This document shows positions 55,857 to 64,000 of a stretch of 64,000 nucleotides of DNA, piece by piece. Numbering within the stretch: the first letter of the stretch is position 1; each line of letters opens with the position of its first letter. The stretch comes from Candidatus Uhrbacteria bacterium CG_4_9_14_3_um_filter_41_35. GTDB lineage: Bacteria > Patescibacteriota > Patescibacteriia > UBA9934. The stretch lies in NCBI GenBank assembly GCA_002791275.1, contig PFWT01000006.1, forward strand, positions 8,831 through 72,830, in the 5' to 3' direction. The position numbers were made by a program, and so were the translations under genes. The notes under the pieces were generated by a model. The model made no database searches. It saw nothing but the letters and a program-made list of their open reading frames with translations, and was not told the origin of the DNA.

Positions 55857-56277
55857 GCTTAGAAAATTGGATGATCACTTGAGTATTTATATTCGAGAGG
55901 AAAGTCCGGACACTCCTTATATGGCAACGTATATTGAAAACGAGCGTCGCTAACGGCGACCGGAATATGTATTGGGAATCAAGGAATTGGAGAATCTTTA
56001 AGTCTAACTTAATCATCCCCTGCCTCCTGATTAAATCTAGGGAAAGTGCCACAGAGACAATACTAGCCAAGCCTAGCTTGGTGAAAGGTGAAAAGTTTGG
56101 TGAGGTCGTTTACGGCTACACCGATCGCCCTGCGGTGACGCAGTGGTGTGGTAAACCCGCTTAGGTGCAAGAACAAATTTGGTAGTTTGCTAGAGATATT
56201 TGGCAACAAATATCGCAGATAGATGATCATCGTCCGGCTCCGCCGGATACAAAATCCGGCTTATAGATTTTCTAAGT
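55857..56277 (+). ncRNA. rnpB: RNase P RNA (bacterial type, rnpB)
   Basis: Universally conserved GAGGAAAGTCCGGAC (P4 5' strand) near the 5' end, GGTGAAA-GGTGAAA region and ACAAAATCCGGCTTAT (P4 3' strand). The P1 helix is formed by gcttagaaaat (55857-55867) and attttctaag (56265-56274). ORFs 55834..56070(-) and 55934..56164(+) in the track are spurious. Confidence 0.8.
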
Positions 56278-56283
56278 GCTAAA

Positions 56284-56311
56284 ACCACTCCGCTATCGCG
56301 GGGTGTTTTTA
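56284..56311 (+). terminator. Rho-independent terminator after rnpB
   Basis: CACTCCGCtatcGCGGGGTGttttt. Confidence 0.55.
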
Positions 56312-56437
56312 TTTATTTTTTGGCGTTAGACTAGTGCATTAGAATCATTAGTACGAATAAGTTCACAAAATTCTTTTCTATCTTTATGACAATCTTGTAT
56401 TGTCATTTTCCCCCAGTTTGATAAGGTATTTGTATCT

Positions 56438-57850
56438 ATGAAACGGATTGATTTATTTATTACTGTAGTCTTAATCCCACTTGATTATCTTACCCTCCTG
56501 GTTGCCGGATGGTTAGCTTACGCTTTGCGTTTTTCGCCAATATTTGCCAATATTCGACCAGTTACTTTTGACCTGAATTTTACAAACTACATGAGCGCCG
56601 TTTTGCCGTTAGCACTGGTCTGGATTCTGGTATTTGCCGTTGCTGGGCTTTACGCCACTCAACGTCAACGCCTAGCAACTGAACTCACGCGCGTTATTCT
56701 GGCTGTTTCTGCAGGTATTGCTGTTGTCCTAGCGATTGCCTTTTTCTCCCGGGAACTCTTCGACTCCCGTTTTATCGTGCTAGCTGTTTGGTTTATTTCA
56801 ACAGTCTTTGTAATGTTTGAGCGTTTTATTACTAGAACTATTCAAAAAAAACTCTACACTTACGGGATTGGTGTAAATAATATTGTTATCATCGGCACCA
56901 CAGATACCGGTAAAGCCCTGAAAAATTACTTCGACCGCTACCCTCGACTTGGTTACGCTGTCAGTGCGCACTACGCAAACTTTAATAAAGAAACGGAACG
57001 AAGGATTCTGGAACTAAAAGAAACGAATAAGATAAATACTATCTTCGTAGTTGATCCTAACTTCGATCGCGTCACAATTCTAAGGATTAAATCGTTTTCC
57101 GACATTGAACACCTCACCTTTCAGTATTCAGCCGAACTCTTTCCAAGTGCAGCCGTGGTGCCGATTATTCATATGTTTGCCGGTGTTCCAGTTATTGAAG
57201 TCCCCAAAACTCCACTCGACGGCTGGGGAGCAATTTACAAACGCGGGTTTGATATTTTTTTCGCGGCACTTTTAATAATTTTAAGTTTACCAGTTCAAAT
57301 TCCGACAGTTATTTTTCTACTTCTTGAAAAACAAGGCGGTATTCTTTATAAACAAGAACGGGTTGGTCAAGGTGGTAAAACGATTAAATATTTCAAATTC
57401 AGATCAATGATTAAAGACGCGCACCAGCTTCGCTCGAATCCTGATTTTTTAAAAGAGCACGGAAATATGCGCGCAGGTTCACCAATGTTCAAGCTTGAAA
57501 AAGACCCAAGAGTTACCAAAGTTGGCGCCTTCATACGTAAATTTTCGATCGATGAAATTCCAGAGTTTTATTTAGTTCTTATGGGTAGAATGAGTCTTGT
57601 TGGACCGCGCCCTCACTTGCCTGAAGAAGTTCAAAACTATCATCCAGAACAAAAAAAAGTACTCACAATTAAGCCTGGCATTACTGGTCTGGCGCAAATT
57701 AGTGGTCGAGCTAGCTTAGCTTTTGACGAGGAAGTCAGGCTTGATATGTACTACATTGAAAACTGGAGTCCGTGGCTAGATTTTATTGTGTTACTTAAAA
57801 CTCCACTCGTAGTACTCTTACAAACAGGAACCGGCAAAAAACGTCTTTAA
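56438..57850 (+). CDS. Polyprenyl-phosphate hexose-1-phosphate transferase (bacterial sugar transferase, WbaP/CpsE-like); initiating enzyme of polysaccharide synthesis
   Basis: Five N-terminal TM helices and a C-terminal Bac_transf domain (IDEIPEFYLVLMGRMSLVGPRPHLPEEV ... KPGITGLAQISGR); 470 aa. Confidence 0.85.
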   Translation: MKRIDLFITVVLIPLDYLTLLVAGWLAYALRFSPIFANIRPVTFDLNFTNYMSAVLPLALVWILVFAVAGLYATQRQRLATELTRVILAVSAGIAVVLAIAFFSRELFDSRFIVLAVWFISTVFVMFERFITRTIQKKLYTYGIGVNNIVIIGTTDTGKALKNYFDRYPRLGYAVSAHYANFNKETERRILELKETNKINTIFVVDPNFDRVTILRIKSFSDIEHLTFQYSAELFPSAAVVPIIHMFAGVPVIEVPKTPLDGWGAIYKRGFDIFFAALLIILSLPVQIPTVIFLLLEKQGGILYKQERVGQGGKTIKYFKFRSMIKDAHQLRSNPDFLKEHGNMRAGSPMFKLEKDPRVTKVGAFIRKFSIDEIPEFYLVLMGRMSLVGPRPHLPEEVQNYHPEQKKVLTIKPGITGLAQISGRASLAFDEEVRLDMYYIENWSPWLDFIVLLKTPLVVLLQTGTGKKRL

Positions 57851-57960
57851 AGCAACCGCAAAAACCTAGTTTTTGAAACCGTTTCAAAAACAATCTTACG
57901 TTTTCATTCAAGATCAAGCTACTTGATCAATCTAGTTTTTTCTTATAAACTCCACCCATT

Positions 57961-59073
57961 ATGAAGGTTGCCTTGGTTCATGATCATCTCACACAAAACG
58001 GAGGAGCTGAACGTGTTTTAGAAGCCCTGCAGGCCATTTGGCCAGAAGCTCCAACATACACGCTTCTTTATGATGAGAAAAAAATGAAGGGTACTTTTGG
58101 GCATCGTGAGATTCGCACATCTTCGTTACAAAATTTACCATTTGCTATTTCAAAATCCAAATGGTATTTGCCTTTTATGCCAACCGCAACCGAAGGCTAT
58201 GATTTGTCGGGTTTTGATGTGATTATTTCAAGTTCAAGCGCTTTTGCAAAAGGTATTATCCCGCCACCTCACGGTATTCATATTTCATACTGTCATACAC
58301 CAACCCGCTACCTTTGGAGTGACACACATGAATATAGTAAAAATAATATTCCAAAATTACTTCAACCATTTTCGGCGCTTTTATTAACTCATCTCCGAAT
58401 ATGGGACAAACTATCTGCAGACCGTGTTGATTTTTTTATTGCGAATTCAGACACAACAAAACGCCGTATTAGCCGTTACTATCAACATAAAAGTGATGTC
58501 ATTTATCCGCCAGTTGATATAGAACATTTCACCATTAGTCAGAAACCAAAAAATTATTTTCTTATTGGTGGTCGGCTTGTTGCCTACAAGCGCTACGATT
58601 TGGTTATTGATGCCTTTACTCAACTCGGCTTACCACTCAAAGTCTTTGGTGACGGACCAATGGAAAAAGAACTTCGTGCTTCAGCTGGTGATAACGTGGA
58701 GTTTTTAGGGCGCGTTTCAAACGAAGAACGAGCTCGGCTTTTTGCAGAGGCAATAGCCTTTATGCATCCGCAAGAAGAAGATTTCGGTATTACGCCAGTT
58801 GAGTCCATGGCTGCCGGGAGACCAGTGATCGCCTACAATCGTGGCGGTGCAGTTGAGTCTGTTATTGAAGGAAAAACTGGTACACTTTTCAACAAACAAA
58901 CCTGGCAGGAAGTTGCGGACATAGTAATGAATTTTGATCATACAAAATACGATCCGGAAAAAATTCGCAAGCACGCAGAAGAATTCTCAACTACAATTTT
59001 CCGAAAAAATATTTATAATTTCGTGACTGAAAAATGGGAAGATCACAAGCGAAAAATATTAGGTCAACTCTAG
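57961..59073 (+). CDS. Glycosyltransferase family 4 (GT-B, group 1)
   Basis: C-terminal EEDFGITPVESMAAGRPVIA (E-x7-E-like motif); 370 aa. Confidence 0.8.
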   Translation: MKVALVHDHLTQNGGAERVLEALQAIWPEAPTYTLLYDEKKMKGTFGHREIRTSSLQNLPFAISKSKWYLPFMPTATEGYDLSGFDVIISSSSAFAKGIIPPPHGIHISYCHTPTRYLWSDTHEYSKNNIPKLLQPFSALLLTHLRIWDKLSADRVDFFIANSDTTKRRISRYYQHKSDVIYPPVDIEHFTISQKPKNYFLIGGRLVAYKRYDLVIDAFTQLGLPLKVFGDGPMEKELRASAGDNVEFLGRVSNEERARLFAEAIAFMHPQEEDFGITPVESMAAGRPVIAYNRGGAVESVIEGKTGTLFNKQTWQEVADIVMNFDHTKYDPEKIRKHAEEFSTTIFRKNIYNFVTEKWEDHKRKILGQL

Positions 59074-59074
59074 T

Positions 59075-60211
59075 ATGAAAATTGGAGTAGACATTCGTCA
59101 TTTAGCCGGCGGAGATCTTTCCGGAGTTGGCTATTATACCGTGAATATCATTAAAGAAATGAGTAAACTCGCACCAAACGACGAGTTTATTTTATTTGCG
59201 TCCGGTACAGCGTCTGCACTGAAAAAAGTGCCTCAGTTTTCAGAAAGCAATATTAAGGTCGTAAAAAAAGATTTGCCGAATAAAATCGTGAGTACCTATA
59301 TGAAATCGCCTTACGGTCCGGCGCTTGAAGACTTTTTGGACGAAAAAATTACAGCTTGGTTTTTCCCAAACATTAATATGATCCGAACAAAACTACCGTA
59401 CGCGCTTACAATGCACGACGTTAGTTTTAGGACAATGCCAGAATTTTTCACTAAAAAAACTAAAGTCTGGCACAGGCTGGCCAATGTAAAAAAACTTTTA
59501 AATGATGCCCAAATAATTTTTTCAGTTTCGGGTAGCACTAACACAGATTTACAAAATATCTGGAGGATTAATTCTAATAAAATAACAATAACCCACCTCG
59601 GAGTTTCGGAAAATTATAACTCGCAATTAAGCTCAGCTGATAAAAATTATTTACGAACATACAAAATAAATTTTCCGTATTTTTTAACACTTTCAACGCT
59701 TGAACCAAGGAAGAATATTGAATCTGTGATTGAAGCCTACGAGATATTTTGCGAAAATTCTAAACAGAATCCTTCCCCTCATTTAATCATCGCTGGTGGC
59801 AGTGGTTGGAAAACCGAGGAAATTATCCGTCTTGCTAGAACTTCAAAATTTAAGAACAATATTCATTTAATCGGTTACGTTGCCGACAAACATAAACCAG
59901 CACTATATCGAAACGCAAATATTTTTTTATTTCCATCTTTTTATGAGGGTTTTGGCTTGCCTGTGCTCGAAGCAATGGCTTGTGGTACACCCGTAATAAC
60001 CAGTTTTACTGGTTCGATGCCGGAAGTTGTTGAAGATTCAGCTATACTAATCGATCCCTATAATGTTTCAGATATTGTGATGGCGCTCGGAATTTTAAAT
60101 GATTCAGAGCTAAGATCAGAGTTAATCGATAAGGGCAAAAAACAATCAGCTAAATTTACTTGGCATAAAACAGCAGAGCAAACGCTTGACAATCTAAGAA
60201 AATTAGGGTAA
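59075..60211 (+). CDS. Glycosyltransferase family 4 (GT-B, group 1)
   Basis: YEGFGLPVLEAMACGTPVITS motif; 378 aa; 1-bp spacing to the upstream GT4. Confidence 0.8.
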   Translation: MKIGVDIRHLAGGDLSGVGYYTVNIIKEMSKLAPNDEFILFASGTASALKKVPQFSESNIKVVKKDLPNKIVSTYMKSPYGPALEDFLDEKITAWFFPNINMIRTKLPYALTMHDVSFRTMPEFFTKKTKVWHRLANVKKLLNDAQIIFSVSGSTNTDLQNIWRINSNKITITHLGVSENYNSQLSSADKNYLRTYKINFPYFLTLSTLEPRKNIESVIEAYEIFCENSKQNPSPHLIIAGGSGWKTEEIIRLARTSKFKNNIHLIGYVADKHKPALYRNANIFLFPSFYEGFGLPVLEAMACGTPVITSFTGSMPEVVEDSAILIDPYNVSDIVMALGILNDSELRSELIDKGKKQSAKFTWHKTAEQTLDNLRKLG

Positions 60212-60248
60212 TTTTCAGCATTGATCTTTCAACAACAGGAGTAGAAAA

Positions 60249-60938
60249 ATGCAGTTTCAATCTTTGGTTTTCTTTCCGTGTGGCGGTATGGTTCTGATGA
60301 ACGACGAACACGGGTCGCCGATCGGCTGTGTGTTCTCAAGCAAAGACGGGGCAAAAATCATCCTTGGCGCTTGCACTGCAGACACCGACCTTGCCGAGGC
60401 ACAGACAGCTCTCGAAGAAGACTTTGTTGAGATCAATGCCGAGTCCGAGGTTCAGATCTTGGACGCTCCGGAAAGTTCTGCGGTGAACGAACTCTTGATC
60501 GAGGCGTATGAGATGTCCACTTTGAGAGAGTTCAATTTGGACGCACTGCCTCCCGGTAGATTTCATATGTTCGAACTTCGTGTAGTGGGTGATTTTTCAT
60601 TCGCGATCCTGGGCTGGAGAAACCTGCGTGGAGATTTTTATCTCTCGGTCATCTATTCCATCGACCAGATCCGAATCCTCCTGCGGGGTCTTGATTTCGT
60701 AACCGATGACGAGCGAAAGCTCGTTATTGGGACATTGAAGAGAATCGGATTCGCGTCTAAGTCGCGTCGACTTAGACTACTGGCAAAGAGCCAGATTTTC
60801 GGTTACATGTGCTTCGCTCAACTTTTGAAGACAAGCGCAAAAGCCGAGCAAAAGCGTATCGAGGATACTCTAAACAAGGACGCGGGACCAAACCCGTTGT
60901 TCGTAGCCTCGATCATCATACCGGGTATCTCGGAGTAG
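60249..60938 (+). CDS. Hypothetical protein (GC-enriched insertion within glycosyltransferase cluster)
   Basis: 229-aa ORF with visibly GC-rich codons (gcggtgaacgaactcttgatcgaggcg...) and no recognisable motif. Confidence 0.45.
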   Translation: MQFQSLVFFPCGGMVLMNDEHGSPIGCVFSSKDGAKIILGACTADTDLAEAQTALEEDFVEINAESEVQILDAPESSAVNELLIEAYEMSTLREFNLDALPPGRFHMFELRVVGDFSFAILGWRNLRGDFYLSVIYSIDQIRILLRGLDFVTDDERKLVIGTLKRIGFASKSRRLRLLAKSQIFGYMCFAQLLKTSAKAEQKRIEDTLNKDAGPNPLFVASIIIPGISE

Positions 60939-61121
60939 TTTATGACTACAAATGCCACCTTCTGGTGGCATTTTTTTATTTGAAAATTATTTAATTCAAA
61001 TAAATAATTTGTTTATTTTATAAGAATTATTAATTTTTGATTTTGTATAAATTAAGTGCTCAAAACTACAAAATCTTATCCCCTTTTTATTCTGAAGAAA
61101 TCACTTTAAATATGGTAAAAT

Positions 61122-62252
61122 ATGACTATGAAGATCGGAATTGACGCACGATTTTATGGACCTCGCGTAGGTGGTGGTGGCATTGGAAGATATGTCGCAG
61201 AATTAGTGACTCATTTGCAGGAACTTGATCAGGAAAATGAATACATAATTTTCTTAAAAAAAGAAAATTTCCACGAATGCAAAATCACTAATCCCAATTT
61301 TTACAAAAAAATGGTAGATGTTCATTGGTACGGTTTAAAGGAGCAGATGGTGATGCCGAGAGAAGTTCGGCTATCTAAAGTTGATTTTATGCATTACCCC
61401 CACTGGAACATTCCACTTTTTTCTAGAGTCCCTTTCATAGTCACGGTCCACGATCTCATTTTAATCGAAGACAAACACTCAGCTAGATCGAGTACACGAA
61501 ACAAAATATTGCACGGTTTCAAATACGCAATTTTTAGAACGGTGCTTGAAAATGCCATTCACCGAAGCAAACATATTTTAACCGTTTCAAGTTACAGCAA
61601 AGAAGCTATTTTAAAACATTTCGGTATCCGCCAGGACAAAATTACGGTTACGCCAAACGGAATCATTCCTGCCCTAAACAATAAAAATATCAGTCTCACA
61701 AAGATGGGCGTTTACGAACCGTATTTTCTCTATGTTGGCAACGCCTACCCGCATAAAAATCTTGAAACAATGTTAGAGGCTTTTGCTGATTTTTCTGAAA
61801 AAATTCCGTACGTTCAATTAGTTATTGCTGGCAGAAGAGACATGTTTTCTAAAAAGCTAGAAAAATATGCTCGGGAATTAGGGGTGAACCAAGAACGTTT
61901 ACGTTTTATCGATCTGCCAAGCGATGATGAAATATCTGCCCTCTATAGATCATCCAATCTCTTCATCTACCCGTCTAAACTCGAGGGCTTTGGTATGCCA
62001 CCGCTTGAAGCTATGAGCTATGGTACGCCTGTTGCTGCGGCTTTTGCCTCCAGTTTGCCGGAAGTCCTCGGTAGCTCTGCACATTATTTTAACCCTGAAG
62101 AGGCTGATCAACTTGAAAAAATAATGATTGAAGCCATAAAAAATCCTGAGCTTATTCGTTCTAAAGTTGAAGCTGGTAAAGAACAGGTGAAAAAATTCAC
62201 CTGGAAAAACTTAGCCGAGAAAACCCTAGCCGAATATAAAAAAATGCGTTAG
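61122..62252 (+). CDS. Glycosyltransferase family 4 (GT-B, group 1)
   Basis: LEGFGMPPLEAMSYGTPVAA motif; 376 aa. Confidence 0.8.
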   Translation: MTMKIGIDARFYGPRVGGGGIGRYVAELVTHLQELDQENEYIIFLKKENFHECKITNPNFYKKMVDVHWYGLKEQMVMPREVRLSKVDFMHYPHWNIPLFSRVPFIVTVHDLILIEDKHSARSSTRNKILHGFKYAIFRTVLENAIHRSKHILTVSSYSKEAILKHFGIRQDKITVTPNGIIPALNNKNISLTKMGVYEPYFLYVGNAYPHKNLETMLEAFADFSEKIPYVQLVIAGRRDMFSKKLEKYARELGVNQERLRFIDLPSDDEISALYRSSNLFIYPSKLEGFGMPPLEAMSYGTPVAAAFASSLPEVLGSSAHYFNPEEADQLEKIMIEAIKNPELIRSKVEAGKEQVKKFTWKNLAEKTLAEYKKMR

Positions 62253-62276
62253 TCATTCAACAACTATAAACCTTTA

Positions 62277-64000
62277 TGCGTGACCAAAAAGTTAATATTA
62301 AAAAACAAAATGAGGAACAAAATGTTTCCATGCTTTTTGATGACGCTCTGCCAGAATCACTCAAGTTCGAAGGCGTGGTGCCTAAAAATAAAAAAGGTTT
62401 GAATTTACACACCGACAACACCACACCACTTTCTCCATACATCATCCACCTTTCAAATCACGAGGAGCCACAAAGTGCTACGCCAAATTTGGATGCTTTA
62501 GCTGAAAGTTTAATGATCGACCCAGAACTATTGCTTGACGACGATTCTGCGTTTGTTGATGAAAATGATTTGTCACTTACTTTCGATGAAATAGTTGCTC
62601 AACTAAGTGAACCGAAATATTTAGAAGTTCCAAAAGCTAAAACTGTATTTAAAAAAATAAACTCAAATATTTGTCCTGCAGAAGTACCCGTACAGAACCA
62701 ACTTCCGCAAGATATTTACAGTGAAATAGCTAGTTTTGAAATAACCGAGTTTACACGCGATGATCTTGTAAGTCTACTTCTTGAGTTAATCAAATCACAG
62801 GAAGAATTCGAAGAATTTTCAGAAAACAACAAAGGCTATGTAATTCACGAAGACAGTGGTATTGCTGAAGAAATTGAAACGATGTTTGAAGAAGAGGCTA
62901 AAAAAACTAGCTCGAGCTTTTTTGGACTGTTACCATTTTTAGGTGAAGTTAGGTTTAGAGCTATCGCAGTTTTTGTCCTACTTTCCTTCTCGATTGTACT
63001 ACCCCTTCAGGCAATGAAAAGCATTTCTGGGGTTACAGATCGTCAGGCCACTATTACCAATGCCGGAAAAGCGGCCATAGAAAACTTTACACGTGGTACG
63101 GACGCGCTCGAAGCTGATCGTTTTGACGTTGCAGGTTCGAACTTCAGAAGAGCTTCGGAAAATTTTGCTGATGCCGAAGAAAGCCTTGCAAGTTTAAATT
63201 TAGCAGTCCAAGGTATTGCAAAGGCTATCCCAAAAACAGATAGAACCCTGGAAACTGCTAAAGGTTTAATCGAAGCTGGACAGTCACTTTCACTAGCTGC
63301 ATCTCAACTATCAGACGCAGCACAAAATATAAAGGCTCAGCAGTCACCAACAATTTCAACAAAGCTCGCAATGATGAAAACCTACGTTGAAAGTATTTTG
63401 CCAAAAATTGACACTGCTTCTAAAGCGCTCGAAAAAGTTGATCCAAGCGTTTTGGGTGCAGAAGAGGCAATTAAAGTGAGTGAGCTCAAAGATAAAACGC
63501 CAAAAATTGCTGAATCAATGCGTGAATTCATTGAGTTTGCCGACACTCTTACAACAATTTTGGGTGATGAACGAAAAATGAAATATTTGATCGCCTTCCA
63601 AAACAACACTGAGTTACGACCAACTGGTGGATTTATCGGTAGTTTTGCAGAGATGGATATGTTAAACGGCGAAATTACAAATATCCACATTCCAGAGGGT
63701 GGCACTTATGATCTTCAGGGTCAGCTCACCAAGTTTGTAGAAGCGCCTCAGCCACTTGGTCTAATTAACGATCGCTGGGAATTTCACGACGCTAACTGGT
63801 TCCCAGATTTTCCAACTTCAGCTAGAAAATTAATGTGGTTCTACGATAAAGCCGGTGAACCAACTGTGGATGGTGTTATCGCAATTAACGCAGACCTTAT
63901 CCCTGCCCTACTCGAAATTACTGGACCAATTGAAATGCCGACCTACGAACGGACAATTGATTCAGAAAACTTCCTTTTCGAAACTCAAAAAATCGTGGAA
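62277..64000 (+). CDS. Partial CDS (runs off window end): DUF4012-like membrane-anchored protein associated with cell-wall polysaccharide loci
   Basis: Manual translation from ATG 62277 is open to the window end (more than 574 aa). It has an acidic N-terminal region and one TM helix (FRAIAVFVLLSFSIVLPL). The segment YLIAFQNNTELRPTGGFIGSFAEMDMLNGEI matches the characteristic DUF4012 motif as recalled. Confidence 0.55.

Noticed and set aside
55834-56164. Two ORF-track CDSs (78 aa minus, 76 aa plus)
   Set aside because: They lie entirely within RNase P RNA (GAGGAAAGTCCGGAC and ACAAAATCCGGCTTAT signatures, P1 pairing), so they are spurious.

Overview
This 64-kb window is dense with housekeeping genes and reads like a small, moderately AT-rich bacterial genome. 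By inference it may be a Patescibacteria/CPR-like organism: it has a short-form YidC, bactofilin, DUF4012, glycosyltransferase clusters and many small membrane proteins. The standard genetic code is implied because RF2 is present.

Confidently recognised core genes:
- rRNA methylase and tRNA modification: rsmA(ksgA), tsaC/yrdC.
- Translation factors and chaperones: prfB (no programmed frameshift), groES-groEL.
- Transcription and membrane insertion: nusA immediately followed by yidC.
- Aminoacyl-tRNA synthetases: argS, tyrS, valS, trpS.
- Other core functions: CCA-adding enzyme, an RluA/RluD-family pseudouridine synthase (rluD-like), rplS, uvrA, secG, an OppA-family solute-binding protein, RNase J.
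- RNase P RNA (rnpB).
- Four tRNAs: Val-TAC, Leu-GAG, Val-GAC and an unusual Ile-TAT.
- A cell-envelope polysaccharide cluster: sugar phosphotransferase, three GT4 glycosyltransferases and a DUF4012 protein.

The main accessory feature is an 8.6-kb defense island at 18698..27276 on the minus strand. It is a type IC restriction-modification system; its HsdM and HsdR are, from memory, strikingly similar to EcoR124I. The gene order is an XRE HTH regulator, hsdM, a DinD/Bro-N-like gene, a 300-bp scar, an ABC-ATPase/HEPN fusion resembling PrrC/RloC anticodon nucleases, hsdS and hsdR.
- The 300-bp scar holds a 3' hsdM remnant and a frameshifted mini-ORF.
- The ABC-ATPase/HEPN fusion carries an Rx4H motif.
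- hsdS carries a 12-bp tandem repeat (ELEA)x4 of the kind known to switch type IC specificity.
- The island sits beside the 3' end of tRNA-Val(TAC).

A second striking feature is a pair of ORF-free mosaic repeat elements, about 0.7 to 0.9 kb each, at 11172..12075 and 37505..38190. They lie in direct orientation 26 kb apart.
- They are built from about 50-nt and 90-nt sub-repeats.
- A conserved mini-ORF (MRFFGVIHVHLRMTVW) is iterated within them.
- Each ends in an 8-bp hairpin, a perfect 24-bp-stem hairpin and an (AAATC)n microsatellite; the loop reads tca in one copy and tga in the other, and the microsatellite is 5 units versus 3.

Three to four compositionally GC-enriched hypothetical genes (14428..15162, 39785..40284, 54377..55057, 60249..60938) look horizontally acquired.
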